Of a stretch of DNA of 64,000 nucleotides, positions 24,106 through 36,600 are shown one piece after another. The position numbers and the translations under genes are program-made. The notes under the pieces were generated by a model. It saw nothing but the letters and a program-made list of their open reading frames with translations. It had not been told where the DNA came from and searched no databases. The DNA lies in NCBI GenBank assembly GCA_002633005.1, contig NMRA01000136.1:130859-194858 (forward strand), read 5' to 3'. Origin of the DNA: Phoronis australis. Lineage: Eukaryota > Animalia > Phoronida. The stretch's first letter is position 1. Each line of letters opens with the position of its first letter.

Positions 24106-27100
24106 TCAATAACACTGAACATGTGTTATGGGCTAAGTAATTTTTTATGAGCTTTCACGAGTGACAGCTGCCCATCGAGGTCCTTCACAAACCCATCTCT
24201 GAACTTTAACTCATTTACATCAGAATTGGGTCCCCTGTGTGTTATACTAAACTCTTCAAATCAAACTTTGCTTGAAGCACTATTGAGACGACGACATCTA
24301 ATTCATTTGCTAGCCTTCAGTATAAAAAACGTCAGGTATGAGTATGAAATATGAGGACGAGTTCATAAACCGAATTCCAACCTTTAGTGCACAGGTAAAA
24401 TCACTGCTAGCAAAAGAATATTGAGGCTTAAATTTTGTCTTGTCTTTACCCTGATGGTAAATCTGACTCTCCGGCATGATTTTCCGAAAATTGATCATGG
24501 GCAGATATTCAAAAAATGAGCATTCAAAAATATCAAATGAAACCAAATAAACGCCCACGCACATTTTTGGAAAATGTGGAATTAAAACTGTCCTTCATAT
24601 TGTGCCAATACAGTTTGTTATTAACAATGTCACTCAAGTTGTCACTGAATGAAAATCAACTCAGCAAAATTGCGATACCAAAACGTAATGTCTAGCCAAA
24701 GTCAATCAAATTTTACGGTATATTACATACGTATTTTAGACCAATCTATCACATTTTCAAAACTTACAATTAACGAAAATGTACCCATGGTGATCTTCTG
24801 GAATTTTTTCTAAAATGTGTATTCTTCTGGGTGGGTCTAATTTGGGAAATTCCAAGTTAGATAAACAATTTATGCAACACTGTGCCTATTTTTTTAAAAA
24901 TTTGAATATTAAGTATTCGTTGCGTGGTTAAGCGCATTTGCTCAGTAAAGGGGCCAGCCTCTATTTTTTTTTCTACAATTTATCATCCAGAGCTTGGACT
25001 AGCCTCCGTGGCAATTTGCTTCACGAAATTGATTTTCAAAACAGTTGTAATAAAATTAAATTTTAAGTCTTCCGCTATCTAATGCTAATGAACTTAAACT
25101 ACTACTCGCAGGCAAATCCATGTCACTGTGATGTCAAAAATGTTGAAGTTTACTATTTAATGAATTTCATTATTCAATAATTAATGTATAATTGTCAAGT
25201 TTCCAGAAAATACAGGTAATTCGGCTCGTCATCGACTAGGTATATCACAAGAAGCCAGGATTGTGTAGACTGGTCATGCCTGAATACAGATTTCTTCAAC
25301 AGCAGAAAATGCACTTTTCAGAATGTCGTCCATGTTTACCATCTTTATATGGCTTGTAGACAGAATTTTCCAATAATGAAGTTGTTTCAGCAGGCGCACA
25401 TTCACATCAGTCATACAGTACAATTTATCCAAACATGTCAGCTTGTGGCCCACAATCAGCTTAGTCAATCATGACTACCGTTTTTCAAAATATTGTCTGT
25501 TGATAGTTATGGTATAGAAACTAAACATGGCAGTGTTTAAAAGATAATCTTTATAGAAATGAGAAAATGAACTTTGCTTCTGTGCCACATTGTTTCCCTT
25601 ATTGGTGACATTTCCCTACTTTTGGTAGGTCTAATAACTTCCAACTGAGAATAAAATATCATTTGAAGATCAACTTATTCTTTCTAAGCAACTTACAAAA
25701 ATCCTAAGCCCTGAAGTGATAAATATGTAACAAACGATGCAAATTTTCATATTCTAGGTCTCGGAAGTATGGCTCACGGTCTCAAAATATAAATCATCTT
25801 CGAATGCAATCTAATACTCTTCAAGACATTTTCCTTTTAGTCTAAAACTCAGTATTTGTAACACGGCTCTGTAACAAAGTGCCCACTTTAGATCACTGAA
25901 ACATGTCGAGAATGCTCCATGAATTTTTAACACTGCTACAAGCTGTTGACATAACACCAAACAATTTCTACATTGACTTGCACACTCAGAGGCACTTAAG
26001 CGAAATCTATTAATCATCAGGATATTTGTCTCAAAGCCATAGAATTAATAATTCAGACTAGAATCAGGAAGTCAACCACAAAGTCAGTGATGTAAGGGCA
26101 GGGTTCAATATGTAGCATGGATCTCCTTGCTGTATCAGCAGAATTTATATGAGTATATTGAAATAGACACTTAATTATTTAATTACAAGTTTTAGTAACG
26201 AAGTAAGAAACAGATTTAATTAACAAACTACGTAGTTCGTTGAATGTACAATGAGTGCCTTGCCTCTATAAAGACCATTAGCAAAGCTGAAATGCATTGC
26301 TTGCTACAACAGCGTTTTAAGCTTGACAACTCAACAAATAGTCTATTGTACACATGTGTCAATTGGATAAGATGACAAATGAGATAGTTGTGAAAAAATC
26401 CATTTCACTAGGAGTCAAAGCAGAGAATGCGGAATTTAACAAAAGCAAACAAATAACTTACAAAATATTTATGCCTTGGAAATTAAATCACAAGCCAAAA
26501 AATACCAAAATGAACTGTGAGATGTAAAACACAACACATAATTACATGCCCGACACCGTGTTGAAAAGCACCTAACTGTGTCAGAAAATTAGCCATGGTT
26601 CGACTGACTCATTGCGGATGAAGAGCATTCGTAGCCTGTGGGCAAGCATATCGAGTGCGGTCATGCGGCCTCACTCTAGTGATCAATATGCAGAAGAAAT
26701 GATCGCGGCGATTATCACGTTCCGCTGAAAAACGAAATTAAGTTCGGATCGGCATGCAACACCAGCGAAGTTAATCAAGAAAATCTCCAATTAAGCGGGC
26801 GAAAAGTCTTTTGATCATGAAGTATTCATGTTGAAGTGAGTTAAACAGGCTTTAATCTCCTGGTGATGATGGTATAAACCTCTGAGTTAAGCCCTGACAA
26901 TGTGTTAATTAAGTATAGACGGCTATAATACTTTCTACAGATAACAACACAAGGGCAGGTAAGAACAATGCAGGAATTTGAGGTAGGCACTTGAACTGAA
27001 TCCAAGAAATATCAGACTGATGGTTCAGAGTTACCAAAATTTCCACACAAAACTGATTTTTTTCTGTGGTTCAAAACTTTGTTTCAGAAACGACTACATC

Positions 27101-29494
27101 TTCCAAAAGTTTATATTGCTTGAACAGCACAAGCAACCCAAACTTATCAGAGCAAAATTCAAACTCGATATTTCTGACCGTGATATGAGTCTATTTCAAT
27201 TAACAACAGAACACCAAATTTGAAAATGGCATAAGTACACATTGGCTGTGTCTTGAGTTGATAACGGAAATGGAATCACATCATTGTGAGGAATAATATG
27301 AGATCGATACACGACAGTAAAAGGCGTAATTCAAATTTTGCTTTTAGCCAGCAAATTGGGATGAAATGCAGGTTTAACATGTATTATTCGCAAGGTTGGA
27401 GCTCGTTCTACCATAACTAAAGTTTACAAAGTAGTTTACCTTAATAAAAATGATTTATTTTTTATCTTTACCTACCCACGTTCTGTTATGCTCAGCTTGA
27501 ATACTTATCAGCTGATTTTTAATTTTAATTCACGGACATTGTAATTTGTTACCATTAAGTCTCACGAGTTTAAGACAAAATATGGCAGACAAGTGAAATT
27601 TTATATTCAAATTTTTTTCGTAAAAATGTAGCAGCAAGACAGTGCTTTCTCATGTTGTAGTTCTGTACCATAAGTACTGACAGACATTGCTTTTGAACAA
27701 GTATGGGTATTCACAACAATGTAGAGAGACCATGGAAATGAAAAAGGGAAATTTAAATGAAAAAGGGCAAATTCGGCAATTACTCTTGTCCGAAATTGGT
27801 GATATTTTACTGTACTGTTTAAAAATGCCTCCAATGAACAACAAAAAATGTGTCAGTGAGTGTCTACTGTATCATTTATGAAAATAAATCTGACCATTGT
27901 TTAGTCAACACCACCTGAGAGCTTGGATGCACTATGCTAGTGACAATATAAATGATTCCATTTACTAACTTTACTTGTTAATGTTAACATAACAGAAGGT
28001 ATAAATCAGAATAAATCAAGTTGAAGAAACCACATACGCTGTATGGTATTGCGACAGATATAGGGAGCAGTGCTTCTTAATAAAACTGTATACATTGAGA
28101 AAAACGGTGTTTAGAAGGAGTAAGTTCTGAGCCAAGATGTCAAATTTGTTTCTTTCCAGTTCAGTCACCGGGTTAAGGTGCTCGAATTTTTATCAGCCCA
28201 CTAATATAAAAAACAAAAATCTCTCTAAATGGGTTCGTGCAGAAATTAACGTCTTTGAGCTAGCTATTTTTGTTTTCCTTTTGCATTTAAATTTGAAAGC
28301 CAGCGATCTGAGACATGCATGTCACCTTGCTATCTTGTAACCCATCAGCACACAGGTGCGTGCAAATGTCGAGAATACAACAAAAACAAGTCTAAAGTGA
28401 AATTTGCACTTAAGTGGTTTATGTAGTTATCGTGTTTCCACCTTTTCCTTCCTGTTACATAAATTCCTATTTAGCAATGTTACCTTCAGCTTTTATTTAT
28501 TTAAAGTTGATGAGAAATGTAACAAAAACTGCCCTTGGCATTTTGTCAGACAACCTTAACTACTCACTTATAGGATATCAGCTCTCATTCACATCCTTTC
28601 CATGGAATTAGCCCTAATTGAAAACCATGATACCTTGATAGAATGTAGATGCAAAAATCACCCTCAGGCCGTAGAAAGTCATTATTGACAAAGCTGGTCG
28701 CTATACTAAACAGGAAAGGAAATCGGCTGAAGGAAGCTTGAAAATCTTCCATGCGTTAAACGTTGTATTTCGATCTGACCAATTTGTAACTGCTTTTTAA
28801 TAGACGGCACCCGATTATATTCGCTAGACACCATTAAAAGTAAGTTCCGATGATAGGTCACGGAAAGGTTACCGCCTAGGGCGATAGGGTGTGCAGTCAG
28901 TGTAAGAAGTTGGAAATGATGCTTCAAGGTAAATGATGTGACAAAAAAATTTGCCCTAAGCTGTTTGTGGGTCAGTTACTGGCATTGCTGCAGTTGTTGA
29001 CGTATATGCCTTTGAAGTAGTGAGACATGAGGTTTCACCCTGCAGAGCCAGGTCCAGTGCCAAGGTAAGGATCATTAGCAAACAAACACAATCTAGGCAA
29101 AATGTAGGTAACTACTAGAACATCCGATAGTGGTCTATATAGTGTCTATAAAGCTTGAATTGAGTTTTAGGATTAGACATGTCCATACGAAAGTATATGG
29201 TTGTTTAAAGAAGACTAAAATAAAATAACATTAAAGGTACATTTAAACAACCGTTTGCGTTTACTATCACTAACTCTTGCATTTATTGTATTTGATTTCC
29301 ACATGGAGTACCGAGTGCGTGGTTTTCAACTGATGAAATGCAAAGTGTTCAGCATTACTTCAATGTTTTGTTCCAATTAGGGAAGTGCAACACAAATTGA
29401 AGATTTTTAGCAGCTCTACAAAATACAAACACCAGTAAAACAAAATTAACCATGACTGCTTCAAAATCAAACAAAGTGTAAAGTAATGCATCAG

Positions 29495-29740
29495 GCAAAA
29501 TATGACCGGGTTGTGTTGTTCACCGTATAAACAGTGCAAAATATGATTGGGTTATGTTGCTCACCGCATAAACAGTGCAAAATATGACTGGGTTGTGTTG
29601 CTCACCGTATAAACAGTGCAAAATAAGACTGGGTTGTATTGCTCACCGTATAAATAGTGCAAAATATGACCGGGTTGTGTTTCTCACAGTATAAAAAGCG
29701 CAAAATATGACAGGGTTGTGTTGCCCACAGTAGAAACAGT
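29495..29740. repeat. 41-bp minisatellite, 6 copies
   Basis: Unit GCAAAATATGACYGGGTTGTGTTGCTCACCGTATAAACAGT repeated head to tail with no spacers. Confidence 0.92.
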
Positions 29741-29988
29741 GCATAATTTCAGGGATTTATAAAAGAAAGATTCAGAGGAAGCTTCGTAGATTAAAACACT
29801 GGAACTTATTTGAGATATTATGCATAGCACTAACAGCCATAACACTACAGCTCTGTTGGTAGACTTTCAAAAAGTCTTTGATTGTGTGTCATGTAATTTT
29901 ATTTAAATTTCATCATTTTTCAATGGTCAGTTGCTCATTTAAGTATTTTAGCATGTTTTAAATTTGAAGTCAGATCTCATTTGTGCAT

Positions 29989-30084
29989 ATGTGTGCTTGT
30001 GTGTCTGTCTGTGCGAGCGCGCGCGTGTGTGTGTCTGTTTGTCTGTCTGTGTCTGTGTGCGTGTGCGTGCGTGCGTGCATGTGT
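29989..30084. repeat. Compound (TG)n/(TGTC)n/(TGCG)n microsatellite
   Basis: Visible directly in the sequence. Confidence 0.85.
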
Positions 30085-31965
30085 CAAATTAGTTGCATTA
30101 TTCCGTTATACATGTTTTAGTGCTAATAAAGCAATATTAATTCTAACCTAACATAACCTCATATGCAAATGCTCTTTTAGTTGATCACAGGTTGATGATA
30201 ACATAGAAATATCCAAAAAGTACAAAATCAAAGATAGAGATTTATGACTATGACACATACCGTATAGTGGTTCAAGACCCTGATGCTGTGTCCAAAGACA
30301 GGTGGGTACGTCACAGAGCCTCAGGTAGAAGGCGTACCCAGACAGTCATAATTTACATTTAAATAGAACTATTTAGGTAACTCAGTGATGAAACAGCGCC
30401 AGTCAGGAGACACTATGATCAAATAGGGGTTCCCTAGAACAACCAATCAAAACAATTGGGATGACAAGAAATCTGAAGTAAAAAGTTTAATGGCCTTCTA
30501 TCACCAAAGTAAATCCGGCACTCGTGACATGAACTGTGAAGTTAACTAGAACTTTTCCATTAGCTTTGGTAGTTAACAGAAATCGAAATTATCACTAGAT
30601 GGTGCTATTGTAATCATAGTTATCACAAGGTGACATAATATTAACTTTACCTTTGTCACAGCAGTGACCCCTGCCAATAACTGTGATGGATACCAAAACT
30701 GAGTGATCCTATTGTGACGACGCGTCAATACTTTGTTGTTAACTCCACCAACTTACTACGAAATAAACTTGAACTGCTAATGTTGATCCAAGACTGAATT
30801 TAATCGTTTCCACTGACCTTAAACTCCAAAGAATCGACATTTGTGGGAAAGGTTTTGTATTTTTTGATTGACGGGCAAGAGTATTTAGTTTTTTATGGAT
30901 GTGACAAACTGGTTCTGGAGAAAATTGTTATGTTTCCATCAATCAAATGTTGGAATATTTTTGCAGCAAGCTAATTCCGAACACCTGTATTACATATTAA
31001 AAAGGTCCACAGCTTTGAAATTTGAGGTCTTTTCCCTTGAATATTCAAATTAAAAACAACCCGGATATCAAAGTGTTTCATTAAATGAGACTTCTATCCT
31101 GTTAGTACATGTTACATCTAATGGAAAGGCATGCTGCATTCCTATATCTGTCGTTGTGCATTCAAGCAGCTAATCTATTCAGTGCTCTGAAACCTGTTCT
31201 GTATTCTTTGAGGTGAAGACATTTAAATTGAGAAACAGAAACATCAGCGATCGAGTGTTCGGCCATTGCCAAGCATAACCAAAAACAAGCATTTGAAAAA
31301 GAAATAAGCAAAATATCAGATAGTTGACGTAAAGCCAAAAGGGTAAAGTCAGAGTTCAAATTTGCATGTGTTTTGCCATAACTGTGCAGTTTTATTGTGA
31401 TCAGCACAAATTCACAAAACACAACCAAACAACCATTGTCCCATGGCCCCCCTATTTTTATAAGACTAAAAACCACAGTTGGTTGTGGTTTGTGGTTTTT
31501 TTGAAAATTGATATGACCATAGTGCAGCATTTTAAGTTGCTCACTTTTCAAAAAAAAAACACTTGAGATGAGCCCACATTTTTTCTCTCTAAATTTAAAC
31601 CACGCCTGGTGAAACTACAATTTGCAAGGCAGTGAGTCATTCAGAACCTTGCTTAATGCGCTAATGTGGCTTCAGAAGAGATAAGTTTGAGACTTTGGCT
31701 CAAATTGATGCAGGCAGGCGTATTTTTGAAGGTGGGTGTTTCAAAATTAGTCACAGACCAGAATCTACTCTGCTTTTTGACCTAATATGAAAATCATTTT
31801 TTCATTTCCAGCTGAAGTCGGTCTCCATGTTTTATTAAAAATTTGCACAATTTCCAATGCAGTCTGGACGTTAGGCGCACAATTTTAGCAACCAAAGTGG
31901 AACTTTCGGTAAAATACACTATCATCGGCTCAGGGGCATCTTAAACAATCTCTATTGTATTTCAG

Positions 31966-32161
31966 GTGGTATCGTACGAGACTTGAAAAGGACCATGAGT
32001 CCAAACGAACACAGCTACCACCCTCTGGACTGAGAAAGAAAATGTCGGAATCAGGGCACACAACCAAATCAATTACCATGGCAATAGACAAGCAAGCACA
32101 TCAGTCAGCGACCACGCCTTCCTCTCTGTCAGACCTATACTTCACACTCAAGTCAGAACTG
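31966..32161 (+). CDS. Nested uncharacterised gene, penultimate exon (in-frame ATG at 32042)
   Basis: TATTTCAG acceptor and CTG|GTAAGT donor. Open throughout (WYRTRLEKDH...MSESG...DLYFTLKSEL) and joins 33605 in phase 0. Confidence 0.75.
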
Positions 32162-33604
32162 GTAAGTGAAGAAGGGAGGCATACAAAAATAGACTACAAC
32201 CAAAAAATCATCCTTATATCATTTCAATCATTGTACAGTAGAAACAGACATCTAGATATTTTATTGGTAGCCTTTTATTTTGGGAAGGTTTTAACAAAAA
32301 CTAAATTTACATATTTAAACAATAAAACTTTATCAAACAAATTCAGGAACAAAATCTCTAAATGGGAAGTATGCATTAACCGAGAAAACCCCCCTTTCAA
32401 ATGCGATATCAAAATGTATTAGCGACCGTTTTTATCTGTACTTTACAGGGTAAAATCCCATTCATTTTGGATATCAGTAATTTACAAAAAAATATCTGCT
32501 TTTTCATCTTCAAGGTCCCCTAGCATTGTTGCAAATGCCAACATTTTTGTTTGAAAATATTGTCTGTGGGTTACTGCAGTACAAAACTTCAACACAGCAA
32601 AGCATTATTGGTGATACGTGTCTTTTATGGAAAATGAGAAAATAAAATTTCACTAGTGCTCCACATATTGCATAATGCATACCATTCAAAAGCAAAGGGC
32701 ACTCCTCAATGACCTTGCTTGCTAATATTGGTATATGACAGCAGTACTTTGGTACAGAATCATTCTTTCAATCCCAGCTATTTTCAGACTTCTCAACTGA
32801 CACCTTTGGGACATTGTTCTGAAAGTCCGCTTAGAAATCGTTGACCTACAAACGAAACATTTTTAGCCACAGCCTCTTTGGGCAACATTACGTATCAAAT
32901 TCAACAATGAAAGCCCGCAAAAATATTTCCATCCCTTACACCAAAATTGATTACAGTCGAATATCCCGGTCTAATTTGCAAAAGTGTCAGCTTAAATATC
33001 AAAGTTGAAAACATTTTCAATACCTAGCCCTCGGCTGAATCCATGCAGGAAGGGAAAAGAATTTTACCCCAGAAGGCAATTTGATTTAATATTTTTTAAA
33101 AGTATCAGCAACTGAGCCAAAATACACAAAAGTAGAAAATTAATGAAAAAACGTTAGAAGTCAATAATGACCTACTGCAGCGTTAAATAATTTTTAATAT
33201 GAATACAGCCTCTGGCTATTTCCTAAACAATAGCCCACATCTTCAATAACCCCATGGTCACTGTGTCAGACTGATGTGTAAGTTCAACAAGCCTGCACAT
33301 ATCATCAAGTCTTATATAAGTGTGTCTCTTCAATAAAGGTTAACTGACATGTCAAATCACCTGCCATCAGAATGAGGGAAACTAGTAATTACAGGAGCTA
33401 GGCTTTTAACACACTGGATCCTGTGGAGACTACACTGTTCTAGACAATGTGCCTGGCTGCATTCATCAACCACCCAAAAAGAATGCTGGGGTGGCTTTCA
33501 AAGCCTCACAATTAACTTGAGATGCGTATTAGCAGTTCAAGTAACCAGCTCAACTATACTCGTACACTGAAAATGCACCTAAGTTGTACTTTTTCGATTT
33601 TCAG

Positions 33605-36600
33605 TTGCTCTCCATAAAAGAAGATCTTGAGTTGAAGATTGAAATTGAGGCTTTGAAACAGCAATTTTTAGAGGCATCCTTGGTTCTTGCGCAGTACGAA
33701 GGTGTAGACACACATGACTTGGATATTGACAAAGAGACACGTGAACGATGCTCGCTGACCAAGCACATTAAGACCCGTTTTACTAAACAGTCTGTGATAC
33801 AGAGAAGCCCGAGTCCGATGCTTGGACGTTCAGCTAGCCGTAGCTCAAGTTTCAGATCTCACGGGAAACACACGCACGAGCATTACTACAACACAAAGGA
33901 ACTGAGTGCTCGGATTCGTAACCACTTGTCACCAGGTGGTGCTAGCAGCACTAATGGCAACAGTGATAAACATGCTGCGAATGTCCATTCGAGAAGTGGT
34001 GCCGATACGGACAGTGCGAAAGCTCTTGAGAATTCACAATCATTCACTCGTGTCCCTGAAAGGGGCACCATAACTAACAGAGACAGACTGCATATACCTG
34101 ATGGCCAGGATTACATCACAACCATAGACAGCAATGCCCAAGGAGATGTTAGTTATGCTAATGTGGAGAAACTTACCGTGCCCAACATATATCGTAGGGA
34201 CGTTTTGCAAAATAACAGGAGTAAGATGAATAACATTTGTGATGACAAAGACACAGACCATCAGAGACGTCTGCTTCCACAACAAATCATCAAGAACAGG
34301 ACACGTGATGATGAAAGTTTTCCTGTAAACGACATTGGTAATGTCATGCCCGACAAACCCATGTCACACACTGGTCAAGCAGAAACATTGCAAACACGAA
34401 AGACAGGGAAATCACACCAAAAATGTGTCGCATGCACAGTGAGTGACCCATTACGCACTCCGACTAATACAGTGAAAACGCATCAACCGTATTTAAGCCA
34501 GCTTGCCCAAATGATGATGCCACGGCGTGGGTCAGTACATGAATTGTTACAAGCAAAGTCTAGCCCAGAGAACAATGGTGTTTTAGTGCTATATGACAAC
34601 CAATCAGATTCTAGGGAGAATGCTTTGTCAGAAAAATCAAACAGTTCATCTTCAAACAGTGATATTAATGAAGACACAACCATTCAACTAGATCAGGTGT
34701 CATCCGAGAGTGACAGTGAATCTCGAATGTTGGAATACAATGACCATGTGACGAGTCCAATCGTTGGTGGCCAGGAAAAAAACTATTCCTCTAACGAGAA
34801 CAGTTTCAATATTGACTCAAATAACACAAGTTTCTCGACCAACCATGAAGTGGCACGGATCATGGGCGCAATAAACGAATCTCAAAATTCCCAGAATTCT
34901 AGTCTTTGTCACCAGACCGGCGTCGACAGTTCAGGGACTTCACTGAGTATTCTGGATTATGAACAGCTTGTGCTACAAAACCGGAGTTCCGAGGATGAAG
35001 AAAGTGGTATAGAGGCTGGACAAAAACTGCCAGTGCCATCAAGCACATCACTGAACTCACAACCTCACAATGAAATCAAAAACTCAGCTGAAATTCAGGA
35101 GATAAGAAGCCTCAGTAACATTACAAATACAACAAAGTCCAATCAAAATGAACATGTTCCTCAAATGGTGGCAGGATTTGATTATGACATTCCATCAAAT
35201 TTGGTTAACAATGCTAACATCAGTTTCGAGAATGCGGAGTTGTTTGATTTGGACACTGAAGACATAGACCGCAAAAATTCGCCACCATGCGATGAAACAA
35301 AAAATTTAACCAATAATGAAGAAGAGATAACAAAAAGCGAGCTAAAACTGGACAATGTCAGTTTGTCCACTTGTGAAACTGAGGTTGAATGCTACGATTT
35401 GGACAAAGAATTCCGACCCATTCCATCAGCCAGAACTAACATACACAAGAGCAGTTATGTCAATGCAGAAAACAAGCCAAGGAAAACTAATCGAAAGCAA
35501 ATTTCATCTCGTGTGTCTGCCACACAGGTATCGAGCAGTGACGAATGCAGTGACCCCATGTGGACAATCAGCGAGTTCCGCACGGGAAAAACGGGTCAAG
35601 TACTGAGGAGACTATCTTCATCACGATTTTCTGAAAAATCAAGCTCATTCAGAAGCGAAACACAAAGCTCCGAGACAACTTCAATAGGAGAACCATTTAC
35701 GCACAAGGAATTATCGAAAACAAAATTAGAACCATCTGAAATGAATGCAACTATCCGAACACAAACTTTTAATAAAAATAGTACCTCAAAACCAAAGCCT
35801 GCTCCCCGTAAACTTGGACAGTCAAACATATTAAAAACTCAACACCCCTTAGAAACGACTACCAAGACTACCTCTAATTTGAATTTGGAACAGCTAAAGT
35901 CTAAACAGCCAACTAATGGACTAAGTCGCATATCTGACAATGTGGACACAGCGACTAAGACTACCTCTAGATTGACTTTAGATTCAAAAATGTCTAAACA
36001 GCCACCCAATGGACCTAACCACCATCGTACGTCGGGGCTGAGAGAAGAGCGAGAATGTCACAGCAGTACGTCAGATCTGTCAACTGCCGACAATGAAAGT
36101 GTTTACACATGGACAATACAAGATGATTCTGACTATCAGAATATCGAAGACACGTTTGAGGAGAACTTTCAACGGATCCACCGTGTCGAGAAAGACTTCC
36201 GCCGGAGCACAGCCCAGAGCCGCGTGGATCGACTACTCCAACAGAACATTTGTCCTGATCACGAACTCCATATGGCATTAGGAGAGCCATGCACATTCCT
36301 GATGGGCTCTGATGCCATCTTGTCATTACTACCAGAGGAGACGGAAGAGCTTGCTGCTCTTTCTGGAGAATCGTCACAACTGTGGGATGATGATGGTGGC
36401 TCACAGGTGACCGCATTTAGTGACTCAGAGTTGTTCAGCGATGACGATATGGAGCTGATCAAACTTGCTCGACGTCGGAGACCTTCGTCACATGACTACA
36501 CATCACGAAGTCCTCAGTCCTACAGCAGTGGTCAGTCTTCCAGCGGAGTTCAGTCATCAGCCGCCTTCAATGACGCCATGATGGTAGATTCGTCGCTGGA

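Noticed and set aside
29495-29740. CRISPR-like regular repeats
   Set aside because: The units are contiguous with no unique spacers, there are no cas genes, and the context is eukaryotic.
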